DNA from: a candidate division WWE3 bacterium RIFCSPHIGHO2_01_FULL_40_23
Lineage (GTDB): Bacteria > Patescibacteriota > WWE3 > UBA101185 > 2-01-FULL-41-18
NCBI GenBank assembly: GCA_001772615.1
Contig: MEUZ01000007.1
Span: 25,146 to 89,145 of the forward strand
DNA: 64,000 nucleotides
Direction: 5' to 3'
The notes beneath the pieces are model-generated. The model had not been told where the DNA came from. It saw only the letters and a list, made by a program, of their open reading frames with translations, and ran no database searches. This document shows, one piece after another, positions 10,224 to 20,482 of this stretch; the stretch's first letter is position 1; every line of letters starts with the position of its first letter. The position numbers were made by a program, and so were the translations under genes.

Positions 10224-12788
10224 CTACTCTCCCCTACTCCCAAGCACAACTTCACCTTCTATTTTACCGTCAAATGAAGGCCCTTCCTGCCTTTTTAAAG
10301 GCAAAGAACCTTGATCCCCCGTAACACTGCCCTCTTTCACACGGTTTTCCTCGGCAATTGCCATACCAAGGTCAAACTTTCTTTCAACCCACTGCCTAAT
10401 CCTTTCCTCAACATACTGACGGTCTTGCCCGTAGGTTTCCCTGCTTAACTCCTTTGCCTTTGCCCCATTATTAGTTAAATCAGTAATCCTTGGCATAGAT
10501 AAAGCCGAAAACGGCTTTGAGGTTTGACCTTCAATCATGAGCTTCAAATACATATGCTGCCTTTCAAGGGATATAAGATCATTTTCATCAAAAACCGGTG
10601 CGAATTCCTTTGCTAAAATCTCCGCGTCGGGTGCTCCAACGGCGAAAGAAATAATGGTTCCAACGTTTCCGAAAACCGCATTTAAAATTTCTTCAGGAAG
10701 CTGAAGCGTATATTGATGGGTCAGATGAAGACTTAGCCTGTATTTTCTTGCTTCCGAAAGAATAGACTCAAAACCTCCCGAAGCAAAGTTTTGAAATTCA
10801 TCAACAAAAAGATAAAAATCCCGTCTTTCGGCTTCAGGTATCCTCGCCCTCTGCAAAGCCACAAACTGCATTCTTGAAACAAGAAGTGATCCAAGAAGAT
10901 TCGCATTATCCTCACCTATTTTTCCAATTGATAAATTTATAAGAAAGATTTTTCCCGTGTTCATTATTTCATCAATCCTAACGGTTGATTTAGCTCTGCC
11001 TAAAATATTCCTGATGGTGGATGAAGAAAGAAATCTTCCAATCTTATTTTGGATAGGCGCTACAGCCTCTGTTAAAAGCTTTTGATTTCCTTTCATTTCT
11101 TTAAACTCTTTTTCCCAGAAATCTTTAATAACCGGATCCTTCACGTAATAAGTTATAAATTTTCTATAGTTGTCATCCATAAGAAGCCTTGTCAAACCAA
11201 GAAGCGTTGTACCCTCAACTTCAAGAAGAGTTAAAATACAAATATTTAAAAGGTATTCAAGCCTTGGTCCCCATGAAAATCCAAAATGCTGTTTTATTGC
11301 GGAGACAATTCCCGAAGCCATAAGGTTTTTCTGATCGGGATCCAAAACCTCAAGCATGTTCAGCGCGGGCGGTCTCTCCGAATCCGAAGGGTCAAAATAA
11401 ACAACGTCCTTCACCCTGTCATCAGGTATTGCCTCCAAAAGCTCGTCAATTAAAGTTCCGTGCGGATCCAAAACCCCAACTCCCTTTCCGTTTCTCATAT
11501 CCTGAATAATCATATTTCTGAAAAGCTGGGATTTTCCTGATCCTGTTTTCCCGATAGCATAAACGTGCCTTCTTCTATCTTCATCCTTAATTCCGAACTT
11601 AACTTCTTTATTTCTATAAGTTGTTATCCCAAACAAAGTGCTTCCTTCAGTGGGGATGTTTAACGGTGGCTCGCTTCTTTTCGCATATGACCAGGAAATA
11701 AGAGGTGTTTCTACCCCAGCCGCAGGCAAATGATATATTGACCCAAGCTCTTCAGTGTTAAATATATAACTCCCATCTTCTGAAAACTTTCTCAATCTGT
11801 ATGCATCAAAAAATTCACGGGAGTCATCATAATCTCCGGAAGCTATAAAACTGTTAAGATTTGCGGTTGAGAATTGTTTAAGAGACGCGATAACTGATCT
11901 TAATCTTAACTTCGCAACTTCAGTTGAATCAGCAATCGCAAGGACTCTGATAACACACTCGAAGCCCATTTTCGTAAGTTTGTTTTCAATTGCTTTTATT
12001 TCAAGCTCTTGGCCTGGAGACAATCTTGGAGGTAATGCGGCCGCGGTCCTGGCCGGAAACGCGGTAACCTCGGGCGGTGTTGAAATTCTTTTGATAACAT
12101 TAAAGAAGAGCTCCGACAGCTCCTTGCCTAAAGTTGAAACCAAACTACCGCCGGCTCTTTTAATAGTACCCTCTCTCACATCCGTCACATATTTGTAACC
12201 TTCTTCCTGCCAGACATCGGGAATAGGCCTTACCAAAAGTTGAAGCCACACCTGCTCATCCTCTTTTACCTCGGAAAGAGCGGATGTGATGGCCGATATC
12301 GGATCAACCTCAAAATCCTTAAAAGTCTTTATAGGAAAATAATAGTCTTTTGATAGCCTAACATCGGTTCCTAAAACAACTTTTCCTGTCCTATCAACAG
12401 ATTCAATATAATCTGGCACCTCAAAAATAACAGCGCGTGGATACTGTGCATAAATCTGACTTTCTACATAAGAATGAATGCTTTTTGGGACTACAGCGTA
12501 AAATTTAATACCTTTTGGGGAGGAAATTATTTCAAAAGAAAAATGCTCTTGTTCTTTAGGAGTTACTTTTAAAAGCCCGTGCAGAGATGCAAACATGTGC
12601 TCAGAAGCTATCGGGGCTGTCTGAAGATCAATATGCTCCACATCAAGCTCTTTAGGAACCTTAATCTCCAAAAAAACATTCTCAAATGTTTCGGTGTACC
12701 CACCCAAGCTTTTTCTGCGCAAAGATCTATATGCAAAAATTGTTGCGAACAAAACGATAATTGAAGGTAATAAAATATTTAATGGCAT
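10224..12788 (-). CDS. membrane-anchored P-loop ATPase of the VirD4/TraG/TraD type IV coupling protein (DUF87/HerA-FtsK-like) kind
   Basis: N-terminal TM; Walker A GKTGSGKS; Walker B-like YLFVDEFQNF; 854 aa. Confidence 0.6.
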   Translation of the reverse strand: MPLNILLPSIIVLFATIFAYRSLRRKSLGGYTETFENVFLEIKVPKELDVEHIDLQTAPIASEHMFASLHGLLKVTPKEQEHFSFEIISSPKGIKFYAVVPKSIHSYVESQIYAQYPRAVIFEVPDYIESVDRTGKVVLGTDVRLSKDYYFPIKTFKDFEVDPISAITSALSEVKEDEQVWLQLLVRPIPDVWQEEGYKYVTDVREGTIKRAGGSLVSTLGKELSELFFNVIKRISTPPEVTAFPARTAAALPPRLSPGQELEIKAIENKLTKMGFECVIRVLAIADSTEVAKLRLRSVIASLKQFSTANLNSFIASGDYDDSREFFDAYRLRKFSEDGSYIFNTEELGSIYHLPAAGVETPLISWSYAKRSEPPLNIPTEGSTLFGITTYRNKEVKFGIKDEDRRRHVYAIGKTGSGKSQLFRNMIIQDMRNGKGVGVLDPHGTLIDELLEAIPDDRVKDVVYFDPSDSERPPALNMLEVLDPDQKNLMASGIVSAIKQHFGFSWGPRLEYLLNICILTLLEVEGTTLLGLTRLLMDDNYRKFITYYVKDPVIKDFWEKEFKEMKGNQKLLTEAVAPIQNKIGRFLSSSTIRNILGRAKSTVRIDEIMNTGKIFLINLSIGKIGEDNANLLGSLLVSRMQFVALQRARIPEAERRDFYLFVDEFQNFASGGFESILSEARKYRLSLHLTHQYTLQLPEEILNAVFGNVGTIISFAVGAPDAEILAKEFAPVFDENDLISLERQHMYLKLMIEGQTSKPFSALSMPRITDLTNNGAKAKELSRETYGQDRQYVEERIRQWVERKFDLGMAIAEENRVKEGSVTGDQGSLPLKRQEGPSFDGKIEGEVVLGSRGE

Positions 12789-12825
12789 TTCCTCTCCTAA
12801 AGTCCCACTTTTTACTACCCCCGCC

Positions 12826-12852
12826 CTATTTTGGGGCGGGGGTGAAGAAAGG
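12826..12852 (-). terminator. perfect GC hairpin (cccccgccc/gggcggggg) between the LCP-like and VirD4-like genes
   Basis: 9-bp perfect stem, 6-nt loop. Confidence 0.4.
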
Positions 12853-12871
12853 AGAGAGACTTACGGCCACT

Positions 12872-13981
12872 CTACCACATTGAATTAGCATAGTCAATTC
12901 CAGATATTATTGTAATATCGGCCATAAAAGCCTTGAGTCCTTCACCTTCAGGAGAAGCCTGCGGCACCACTTTTTCAATCCCCAACTCTCTTTTTATTTT
13001 TTTTAATGTTTCTGAATCAGTATCGGAAGAGATAATAAAACTTTCATCATAAACATGCGGTGTATTTGATACCAGAACAACCGACCCTCCCATATTTTCC
13101 ACAAACCTTGAGACAAAAGATCCAAGTTTATACGCTTCAGCTCCGTTTAACACAATTACTCTTTTATGCTCCTGTGCAACTCCCCCGTCAAAAAAAACCT
13201 CTCTCACTTTCTTATCAAGAGAGTAATCATCTAAAATATCTTCCTGTGAAAGCTCCGATAACGAAGTTGTCTCTTTGCCTAAACCTCTAAAAAAATTGGC
13301 AAGGAAAAGAATGTCGGTTAGCGAAAGATCAGTTTCAAAGTTTTTTCTTAAATTTTCAAACTCGGAAGGTATTTTTATAGCATTTTCAAAAGACGACAGC
13401 TCAAATAAATCTTCCGAGTCAGAAATTTCAAAAAATCTAGAGACTTCTGCAAAACTTTCTTCATCAGTTAATATATATCTGTCTATTTTTTTAGCGAAGA
13501 TCTTTTCAAGCGTCTTATTAGTTAAATAAACTCCTTTGCCCTCTTCCAAAAGCTGGCCTAAAGCATATACTTTTTCTATCCTCTGCTTCCCAAACCTTTC
13601 AGGAAGATTAAACTCGGATGCAACATTAATATCATAAATGTCAAGCTTTTTATCTTCAGCGTTCCCTGCAAGAAAATAAATACCCTCAACAATGGAGGTT
13701 TGGTCATCTTTATCTTTTAGAACAATAAAACTTAAAGCAAATGAGGAGGTCTCTTCGGCTGTGAAAGTTTCGTTTAAAGATGACGAAGCAGCAAAAGGAG
13801 TTCTTAAAAACTTATAAAAAGACAAAAACGAGATAGTGGCCATTGATATTACTACAGCAAAAAAGGCGGTTGCCACAAGTTTAAAAACCCTTTTTACCCT
13901 AGGGGCAAACTTAATCCCTTTCCATGAGGTTTTTCTTCTTTTATTTAACTTTTTTGACTTAACAGGCCTTTTCCTAGGCAT
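12872..13981 (-). CDS. LytR-CpsA-Psr (LCP) family protein, tentative; basic N-terminus then TM
   Basis: TSIVEGIYFLAGN...KLDIYDINVASEFNLPERFGKQRIEKVYALGQ...IDRYILTDEESFAEV loosely matches LCP core. Start moved to second Met (13981) to abut upstream gene. Confidence 0.4.
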   Translation of the reverse strand: MPRKRPVKSKKLNKRRKTSWKGIKFAPRVKRVFKLVATAFFAVVISMATISFLSFYKFLRTPFAASSSLNETFTAEETSSFALSFIVLKDKDDQTSIVEGIYFLAGNAEDKKLDIYDINVASEFNLPERFGKQRIEKVYALGQLLEEGKGVYLTNKTLEKIFAKKIDRYILTDEESFAEVSRFFEISDSEDLFELSSFENAIKIPSEFENLRKNFETDLSLTDILFLANFFRGLGKETTSLSELSQEDILDDYSLDKKVREVFFDGGVAQEHKRVIVLNGAEAYKLGSFVSRFVENMGGSVVLVSNTPHVYDESFIISSDTDSETLKKIKRELGIEKVVPQASPEGEGLKAFMADITIISGIDYANSMW

Positions 13982-15698
13982 AACTGTGAGCTTTCGCAAT
14001 TTCCGACAAAACTTTTCTGCCCTTTTTGGCATCCCCCATCAACTCTTCAAGTACTATTTCGGACATGGATAAGGACGCTTCAAATTCAGGTTCTATCACA
14101 TCTTTAACTCCCAGACTGTTAAGAACTTTTGCATCCTGCGAGTTTTCGGCTCTGCCTATAATTTTTACACTGGAGGAAATTTTTTTCGCCTTCCTTATAA
14201 TGTACTCGCTTGAGTAAACATCAGGAATTGCCACAACCAAAAGCCTTGCCTCCGAAAGATTGGCAGTTTCAAGAATGTCCTCATCAACAGGGTCTCCGTA
14301 AACAAAAGGCTGTTTGGTTTCAAGGAGAGGATCCAAAACTGAAAAATCATAATCAATAACTACAAAATTTACTTTTGACAGCTCCAAAACCTTCGCTATC
14401 ATCTTGCCCACTCTGCCAAAACCAACAAGAACCACGTGATGTTTAAGCTCCGTTTCCGCCCCGGGAAATGACACAACAGATTTATCAAACCTTGTAAAGA
14501 TAGCATCATATGCTACTCTTGAACGGTTTCTAATTCCTTCTTTCACCACCTTGTAGAATTTCTTGGATGAGGACATAAAATAAGATGTCAGCAGGAGGGA
14601 AATAACGGTTGTTGAAACGATGAGTTGATAAGTATTTTCCGATATTACCCCATGGGAAATCCCGCTTCGCGCCAGAACAAAAGCAAACTCCCCTACTTCA
14701 AGAAGTCCAAGAGAGGCAAGAAATGAAATTCTTGTATGAAACCCGAGATAAGAAACTATCAAAAAAATAACAAGAAATTTTAGAATCAAAACAAATACTG
14801 TTAGAAACACAATCTGTGCCGCATGAGAAACTATAAAAGAAGGGCTTATCAAAAATCCTATTGTCACAAAAAACACAGCTGAAAAAATATCCCTTAAAGG
14901 CCTCATATCTGATCCGATTTCAAACCTCACATAAGAAGCCGATAAGACAACTCCTGCAAGAAAAGCCCCGATAGCAAAAGACTGAAAGTAACTTTCAGTC
15001 AGAATTCCAAAAATTAGAGAGAGGGCAAAACCTCCGACCATCATAAGCTCCTTGGAAGAAAGCCTTGCAAGCCTTTCAAAAAAGAACGGGATAAATTTTC
15101 TACCAAGAAGGAGGATGAGATAACCGATTACTCCAATTTTTAACAAGGCTGTTGAAGCGGTTATTGTCAGATTGCCTTTGCCGTTTGCAAAAATGGGAAT
15201 TAAAATAAACATAGGAATTGTTAAAAGATCCTGCGCGATAAGCCAGCCTATCATCAACTCGCCGTGCAAAGTTCTCGTCTCCTTTGCGTCATTTAAGAGT
15301 TTAAGAACGATGGACGTGGAGGAAAGAGAAATACCAAATGAAAGAATTAAAGAGTCAGTAATCCCCAAATTTAAAAACCTTGAGAAAACAAAAAAGCTTA
15401 TCAGAGCGGTTAGAAAGACCTGAACGCTTGCGCCAATGGTCGCGTTTTTTGCAGTTTTTGAAAGCCTGTCAAGTGAGAATTCAAGGCCTGCCGAAAAAAG
15501 TAGAAGTGCCACACCTATATTTGCAAGGACGGGTATGGTCTGATTTGATCTGATTCTTTCCTGAAAAATTGCCGAAACGACAACGCCTATAACCAGATAA
15601 CCCGCCACAACCGGAAGCTTTAGCTTTCGGCTTATAATTCCACCCACTAAAGCAGCGACGAGTATGATTGTCAGCTCGGTAATCAAAGGCAGGTACAT
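13974..15698 (-). CDS. Kef-type cation/proton antiporter with C-terminal TrkA-N/TrkA-C (RCK) domains
   Basis: ~12 TM segments then Rossmann motif VVLVGFGRVGKMIAKVLE. Confidence 0.8.
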   Translation of the reverse strand: MYLPLITELTIILVAALVGGIISRKLKLPVVAGYLVIGVVVSAIFQERIRSNQTIPVLANIGVALLLFSAGLEFSLDRLSKTAKNATIGASVQVFLTALISFFVFSRFLNLGITDSLILSFGISLSSTSIVLKLLNDAKETRTLHGELMIGWLIAQDLLTIPMFILIPIFANGKGNLTITASTALLKIGVIGYLILLLGRKFIPFFFERLARLSSKELMMVGGFALSLIFGILTESYFQSFAIGAFLAGVVLSASYVRFEIGSDMRPLRDIFSAVFFVTIGFLISPSFIVSHAAQIVFLTVFVLILKFLVIFLIVSYLGFHTRISFLASLGLLEVGEFAFVLARSGISHGVISENTYQLIVSTTVISLLLTSYFMSSSKKFYKVVKEGIRNRSRVAYDAIFTRFDKSVVSFPGAETELKHHVVLVGFGRVGKMIAKVLELSKVNFVVIDYDFSVLDPLLETKQPFVYGDPVDEDILETANLSEARLLVVAIPDVYSSEYIIRKAKKISSSVKIIGRAENSQDAKVLNSLGVKDVIEPEFEASLSMSEIVLEELMGDAKKGRKVLSEIAKAHSYA

Positions 15699-15773
15699 TT
15701 GGGAACATTATAAGATCTTTTTGAAGGTAGGAGCAACAGTTAAATGTCATTGTCTCTCTAGGGACGATAAACA

Positions 15774-16469
15774 TTATCTTCCAATTTCAAACTGTTTGGG
15801 CAACTTGGATTCAAAAGATACAGGGGCACCACCGTTTGGGTGTTTAAATTCTATTCTACCGGCATGCAACATGAGTCTCTTAAAGCGCTTAATGTTTTCA
15901 TTATAAATACGCGCCGGCGCGTAAAGCGGATCCGAAACTACGGGAAAACCTGCTGCGGCGAGGTGGACTCTTATCTGGTGCGTCCTTCCTGTGTGAGGAT
16001 TTACTTTCAAAAGCGTATAAATGTGATCGTCCAAGCTTTTTTCTTTAACCTTTTCAAACTCCGTATATGCTTCTTTTCCTTCTTTGTGCACGGAAAATCT
16101 CATCCGGTTCCTTGGATTTCTCCCAATAGGGGCGTCAACATTAAATTTATCCTCCCCTACTCTTCCATTCACCAAAGCAAAATAAAACTTTTTCACTTTT
16201 CTTTTCTTAAATTGATTTCGCAAAGATTTTAATGACCTCTCATTTTTCGCGATTATTAAAACACCCGAAGTTTCTTTATCAAGCCTATGCACAATGCCCA
16301 TCCTTTCAAGACCTTCTTCAATTCCAAAAATCCCACGGTTTTCCTCCAAAAGCCCTTCTAAGGTGTTATTTTTATCTTTTTGGGTTTCTGACCTGTCTAC
16401 AACCAGACCTGAAGGTTTATCAAAAACGAGGATATCATTATCCTCATACAGAACCGGAAATTTGATCAT
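15774..16469 (-). CDS. RluA-family pseudouridine synthase
   Basis: HRLDKETSGVLIIAKN catalytic Asp motif. Confidence 0.8.
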   Translation of the reverse strand: MIKFPVLYEDNDILVFDKPSGLVVDRSETQKDKNNTLEGLLEENRGIFGIEEGLERMGIVHRLDKETSGVLIIAKNERSLKSLRNQFKKRKVKKFYFALVNGRVGEDKFNVDAPIGRNPRNRMRFSVHKEGKEAYTEFEKVKEKSLDDHIYTLLKVNPHTGRTHQIRVHLAAAGFPVVSDPLYAPARIYNENIKRFKRLMLHAGRIEFKHPNGGAPVSFESKLPKQFEIGR

Positions 16470-16845
16470 TCTGAACCTCTTCTAAAATCCTTCTCACCGT
16501 AGCTGCAACATCCCCAGGGTTAATCTCCGATTTAACCAGATAGCCCGAGGCGCCAAGGTTGTACCCTTCTTTAATAATTGAATCTCTTCCAAGATTTGTT
16601 AAAAGAACAACGGGTTTACCTTTTAAAATCACATCTTTTTTAATTCGTGAAAGTATTTCAAGACCGTCTCTTTTTGGAAGCATAATATCAAGAAGCATTA
16701 AATCCCATTTCCCCTCCATTGCTTTCACTAAACCGTCTTCCCCATCAGAAGACTCAATCACATCATAATCCGTTTTTAATACTTCCGAGTAAACTTCTCT
16801 AATATTTGCTTCGTCTTCAACAATAAGAATTACTTTTTTTCCCAT
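16444..16845 (-). CDS. stand-alone response regulator receiver (CheY-like)
   Basis: KVILIVEDE...DLMLLDIMLP...LLTNLG. Confidence 0.8.
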   Translation of the reverse strand: MGKKVILIVEDEANIREVYSEVLKTDYDVIESSDGEDGLVKAMEGKWDLMLLDIMLPKRDGLEILSRIKKDVILKGKPVVLLTNLGRDSIIKEGYNLGASGYLVKSEINPGDVAATVRRILEEVQNDQISGSV

Positions 16846-16901
16846 AACTTCTCTCCCTGCAAAACCCGCAGCCCAGGATGATTAAACTTATCAAAACTCC
16901 T

Positions 16902-17279
16902 TTATTTTAAGAATTGCCCGACCTCGGTAACTATCCTATCCGGGGTTATCTGGGACTTTATCAAATATCCATCCGCAGAAGTCTTAAAGGCCTCATTTAT
17001 GATTGACTCATGTCCAAGGTTTGTAAGAAGTATAACAGGTTTAAACTTGAGCCTGACATTTTCTTTAACTGCACGCAGTATATGAAGCCCGTCCTCACCG
17101 GGAAGCATAATATCAAGAAGCATTAAATCCCACTCATCATCAAATGCTCTTTTTAAGCCGTCAACCCCATCATTAGCCTCCAGTACACGATAACCCGCTT
17201 CCCTTAAAACTTCGGCGTAAACCATCCGTATTTCATCTTCATCCTCTATTAAAATTACTGTTTTCCCTTGATCCTCCAA
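16902..17279 (-). CDS. stand-alone response regulator receiver (CheY-like), paralog of 16444..16845
   Basis: TVILIEDEDEIRMVYAE...DLMLLDIMLPGEDG. Confidence 0.8.
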   Translation of the reverse strand: MEDQGKTVILIEDEDEIRMVYAEVLREAGYRVLEANDGVDGLKRAFDDEWDLMLLDIMLPGEDGLHILRAVKENVRLKFKPVILLTNLGHESIINEAFKTSADGYLIKSQITPDRIVTEVGQFLK

Positions 17280-17301
17280 GTAAATTCACCTCCTTAAACA
17301 C

Positions 17302-19320
17302 TTATACAGCCCTGACTGTGAAGTAAAATGTAGAGCCTTTGCCGGGCCCTTCGCTGTAAACCCCTACCTTGCCGCCCATAGCCTCCACAATTGATTTTAC
17401 AATATATAAACCTAAACCAGTACCCCCCGATTCCGCAGCCGTCACAAAAGAGTTATCAAGCCTGCCAAACTTGTGAAAAAGTTTTGGAAGGTCATCCTTT
17501 GATATCCCTTTTCCCGAATCGGCAATGGAAACCTTAACTTCCTTCCCGGAAGCTTCCGCAATGATATGAACAAAACCTGTGTCACAATATTTAAAAGCAT
17601 TACCTAAAAGATTAATAATGACTTCTCTTAATTTGTCTTCATCCGCCCTGACTTTTGGAAGATTGTTATCAATAAGAAGCTTAAAATCAAGACCCTTTTG
17701 CTCCGCCTTAATTCTAAAATCGGAAGCAATTTCAGCTAAAACAGAAGAGAGATCAACCTGCGTCGGATGAAGTTCAAGCTTGCCCTGCTCCATCCTTGAT
17801 ATATCAAGCATGTCATGAATAAGCTTTATCATTCTTTCGGTTCCGGCGTAAGCTTTTTCCACATACTCGCCTTGTTTTGGAGTAAGATCCCCTCCTTTTT
17901 TATTTTCAAGCATCCAAAGATAGTTTTTTATAATGGTCATGGGCGTTCTTAACTCGTGTGAAGCAATTGAAATAAACTCTTCTCTTGCCTTTTCGGCCTT
18001 AATCTCATCAGTAACATCCGAAATAATCACAACATAAACATTTAAATTCTTTTCAACAATGACTTTAGAAGCAGTTAAGTTAACATACCTCTCTCTTCCG
18101 TCAGGTCTTTTCAATACAAGATTGGTTAGTTTAGTTCCCGATTTAAACTCAAGCAGACTCTTTATTGAATCACCTGTAATCTTTTGATTTTTAGCGTCAA
18201 AAAGATTGACAATTTTACCAAAGAATTTTCCTGAAGCATCCTGCTCGGTAAAAGTTGTTAAACTTTGTGCGGCTCTGTTAAACAAAAGAATTTTTGTTTC
18301 GGCGTCACAAACAATTACAGCCTCCGTTATGTTATATAAAAGGGCTTCAGCCTTCCTCTTTTCCTGTATAAGTTCAAGATTTTTCTTATAAATCTGCTCG
18401 TTTATTCTTGATAAGAGTTGATCCCTTTCATGAAGCTTTATGTTTGCTTCGTGAAGCTCTTCCTCCCTTTGCCTTAAAAGCAAAGAAGGATTTGTAAAAA
18501 TCTCAAGCGGGACTACATCAATATTTAATGCATTTGTCCCAAGCGTGACTAGGGTGAGCATAGTAAGATACATAAAATCAACGAAGTTCCCATTATAAAA
18601 AGTACCGTAAGTTGTCTGATGGGCAAAAAACATGTCGGCAAGGAAAGAAACAACTAGACCAAACGAAAGCATTAAAACCGAAAATCTAATCTCCCCTTTT
18701 AGATGGGAGAGAGCTAGGGCGTCAACTATGAGAATTAGAATTAAGAGCACTACATCCCAAAGGGGATATGAGATGTCAAAAAAAAGTTTGATTACATTTG
18801 TGCTTAATTCAAATGTTGACCCTCTGGCAAAGACAAATAGCAGATAGTAAGAAATGGTTACAACAAGTATCGGGATAACGAGAATTATTACCCGTGTTAC
18901 TTTGTTCTTAAAAGAAATGCGAAGGCCTATTCCTCTTGCTAAATACATGATGCCAAATGACCAGAAAAACATGGTTAAAATGAAGGAAGCGTCCGCAAAA
19001 GAAGGATAAGGAACTTCTACATTTAAGATGAGGTTATAAAAGGACCAGGTGGACTCCCCTACTCCCCACGCAATAAGGCCTAAAGAGAAATAAACGACGG
19101 CTCTTATTAAGTTTTTGTTTGATTTATCGGTTCTGTTAATTAGCCTTATTAAGCTGTAAATACCACCGAAAAATGGAACCAAACCATAAAAGAAGGCAAA
19201 CCAGTAGTTTAAGGGGTCGTCTGTCGTACCTAAAATCTGGATATATGACCACCAAAAGGCAAGGAAGATGAAAGAGGCAATTACAAGTTTTGAGGCAAAA
19301 TTAAACTTAACATCTTTCAT
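17302..19320 (-). CDS. sensor histidine kinase: N-terminal ~7-8 TM module, PAS, HisKA, HATPase_c
   Basis: H-box ASHELRTPM; G-box GTGLGLYIVKSIVEAMGG; PAS-like region. N-terminal ~280 aa paralogous to the ORFs at 19658 and 22403. Confidence 0.85.
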   Translation of the reverse strand: MKDVKFNFASKLVIASFIFLAFWWSYIQILGTTDDPLNYWFAFFYGLVPFFGGIYSLIRLINRTDKSNKNLIRAVVYFSLGLIAWGVGESTWSFYNLILNVEVPYPSFADASFILTMFFWSFGIMYLARGIGLRISFKNKVTRVIILVIPILVVTISYYLLFVFARGSTFELSTNVIKLFFDISYPLWDVVLLILILIVDALALSHLKGEIRFSVLMLSFGLVVSFLADMFFAHQTTYGTFYNGNFVDFMYLTMLTLVTLGTNALNIDVVPLEIFTNPSLLLRQREEELHEANIKLHERDQLLSRINEQIYKKNLELIQEKRKAEALLYNITEAVIVCDAETKILLFNRAAQSLTTFTEQDASGKFFGKIVNLFDAKNQKITGDSIKSLLEFKSGTKLTNLVLKRPDGRERYVNLTASKVIVEKNLNVYVVIISDVTDEIKAEKAREEFISIASHELRTPMTIIKNYLWMLENKKGGDLTPKQGEYVEKAYAGTERMIKLIHDMLDISRMEQGKLELHPTQVDLSSVLAEIASDFRIKAEQKGLDFKLLIDNNLPKVRADEDKLREVIINLLGNAFKYCDTGFVHIIAEASGKEVKVSIADSGKGISKDDLPKLFHKFGRLDNSFVTAAESGGTGLGLYIVKSIVEAMGGKVGVYSEGPGKGSTFYFTVRAV

Positions 19321-19363
19321 TGGATTTATTCTAAGTTACTTTGTGGGTAAATTCTAGTAAAAA

Positions 19364-19648
19364 CTACCTTAAAATGTCAGGAAGAATCTCCTTCTGGTCC
19401 CCTACAACTGCCGAAACTGCCTCTCTGCAAACTTCCACCGATACTCTTCCGAATAACGAGGCGTACTGCTTTACAAGACCTTCAAGGACAGCTTTCCCAT
19501 CACCTGTAATCGTTGCTGTTTTGCCATCAGATGAAATATTAAGTCCGGGAACCTTATTCGCCTCCTCTATTGCTACAGGTCCTATGATCAACTCCTGCTG
19601 GGATATTATAGATTTTACAAGATTTTCAAACTGCCCATTCATACACAA
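19364..19648 (-). CDS. small hypothetical protein (~92 aa)
   Basis: ORF packed between the membrane-module paralog and the HK. Confidence 0.4.
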   Translation of the reverse strand: MCMNGQFENLVKSIISQQELIIGPVAIEEANKVPGLNISSDGKTATITGDGKAVLEGLVKQYASLFGRVSVEVCREAVSAVVGDQKEILPDILR

Positions 19649-19657
19649 ACGACTAAA

Positions 19658-20482
19658 TTAACTAGAGCCACTCCTAACACTATCGGAATACTTGACATCT
19701 AAAGCATTCGTGCCATAAGTTAATAAGAACATAGCAGAAGCGAATAATAAGTCTACAAATCCCCCATTGTAAAAAGTTTCAACAGTAGATTGATACGATA
19801 AACCCATATCAGCGAAGTAATTAACAACGAAACCCAAAAGTATTAAGGTTATTGGAAACTTGAACCTTCCACCAAGAAAACCAAATGAAAGACCGTAAAC
19901 CAGTAGTACTAGGGTTAATAGTATTACATCCCAAATAGGATAGAGCAAATCAAAAAACAATTTTAAATATTCAGAAGAAAGATCAATCGTAGAGTCCCTC
20001 GCAACAACGTAAAGCAAGTAATATGATGCGGATATTACTAAAAAAGGAACAACTAAGAGAAGAAGCTTACCTCTAACATTCCTCAAAGAGAACTTAATCC
20101 CAGTTGCTTTTGAAAGGTTTATAACACCCATAGACCATAGTGGCCAGCTCAAAATAAAACTAGCGTCAGCTAGCGATGGGTAAGGAATTTCTACGTTTAA
20201 TCCCAAAATGTAATAAGACCATATCGTCTCTCCAATTCCCCAAGTTATCAAACCTAATGAAAGATAGAGAACTGCGCTGCCCATTGCACTCTTAAAAGAG
20301 CCCCATTTTCTTGATAGAAATAACCCATTAATACCCCCAAATAGAGGAACAAGACCGTAGGCAAATACAAACCAGTAATTGACGGGAGAATCGGTTGTTC
20401 TCAAAAACTGAATATACAACCACCAAATAACCAAAAGAATATAAGAAGCAAGAAGAAGCTTAGTTGCTTTACTCTCAATCAC
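19658..20482 (-). CDS. stand-alone multi-TM membrane module, paralog of the HK N-terminal domain
   Basis: Shares WW..YIQ, NYWF.F.YGLVP.FGG, NVE(I/V)PYPS(L/F)ADASFIL, TFYNG.FVD motifs with the HK N-terminus. Confidence 0.7.
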   Translation of the reverse strand: MIESKATKLLLASYILLVIWWLYIQFLRTTDSPVNYWFVFAYGLVPLFGGINGLFLSRKWGSFKSAMGSAVLYLSLGLITWGIGETIWSYYILGLNVEIPYPSLADASFILSWPLWSMGVINLSKATGIKFSLRNVRGKLLLLVVPFLVISASYYLLYVVARDSTIDLSSEYLKLFFDLLYPIWDVILLTLVLLVYGLSFGFLGGRFKFPITLILLGFVVNYFADMGLSYQSTVETFYNGGFVDLLFASAMFLLTYGTNALDVKYSDSVRSGSS

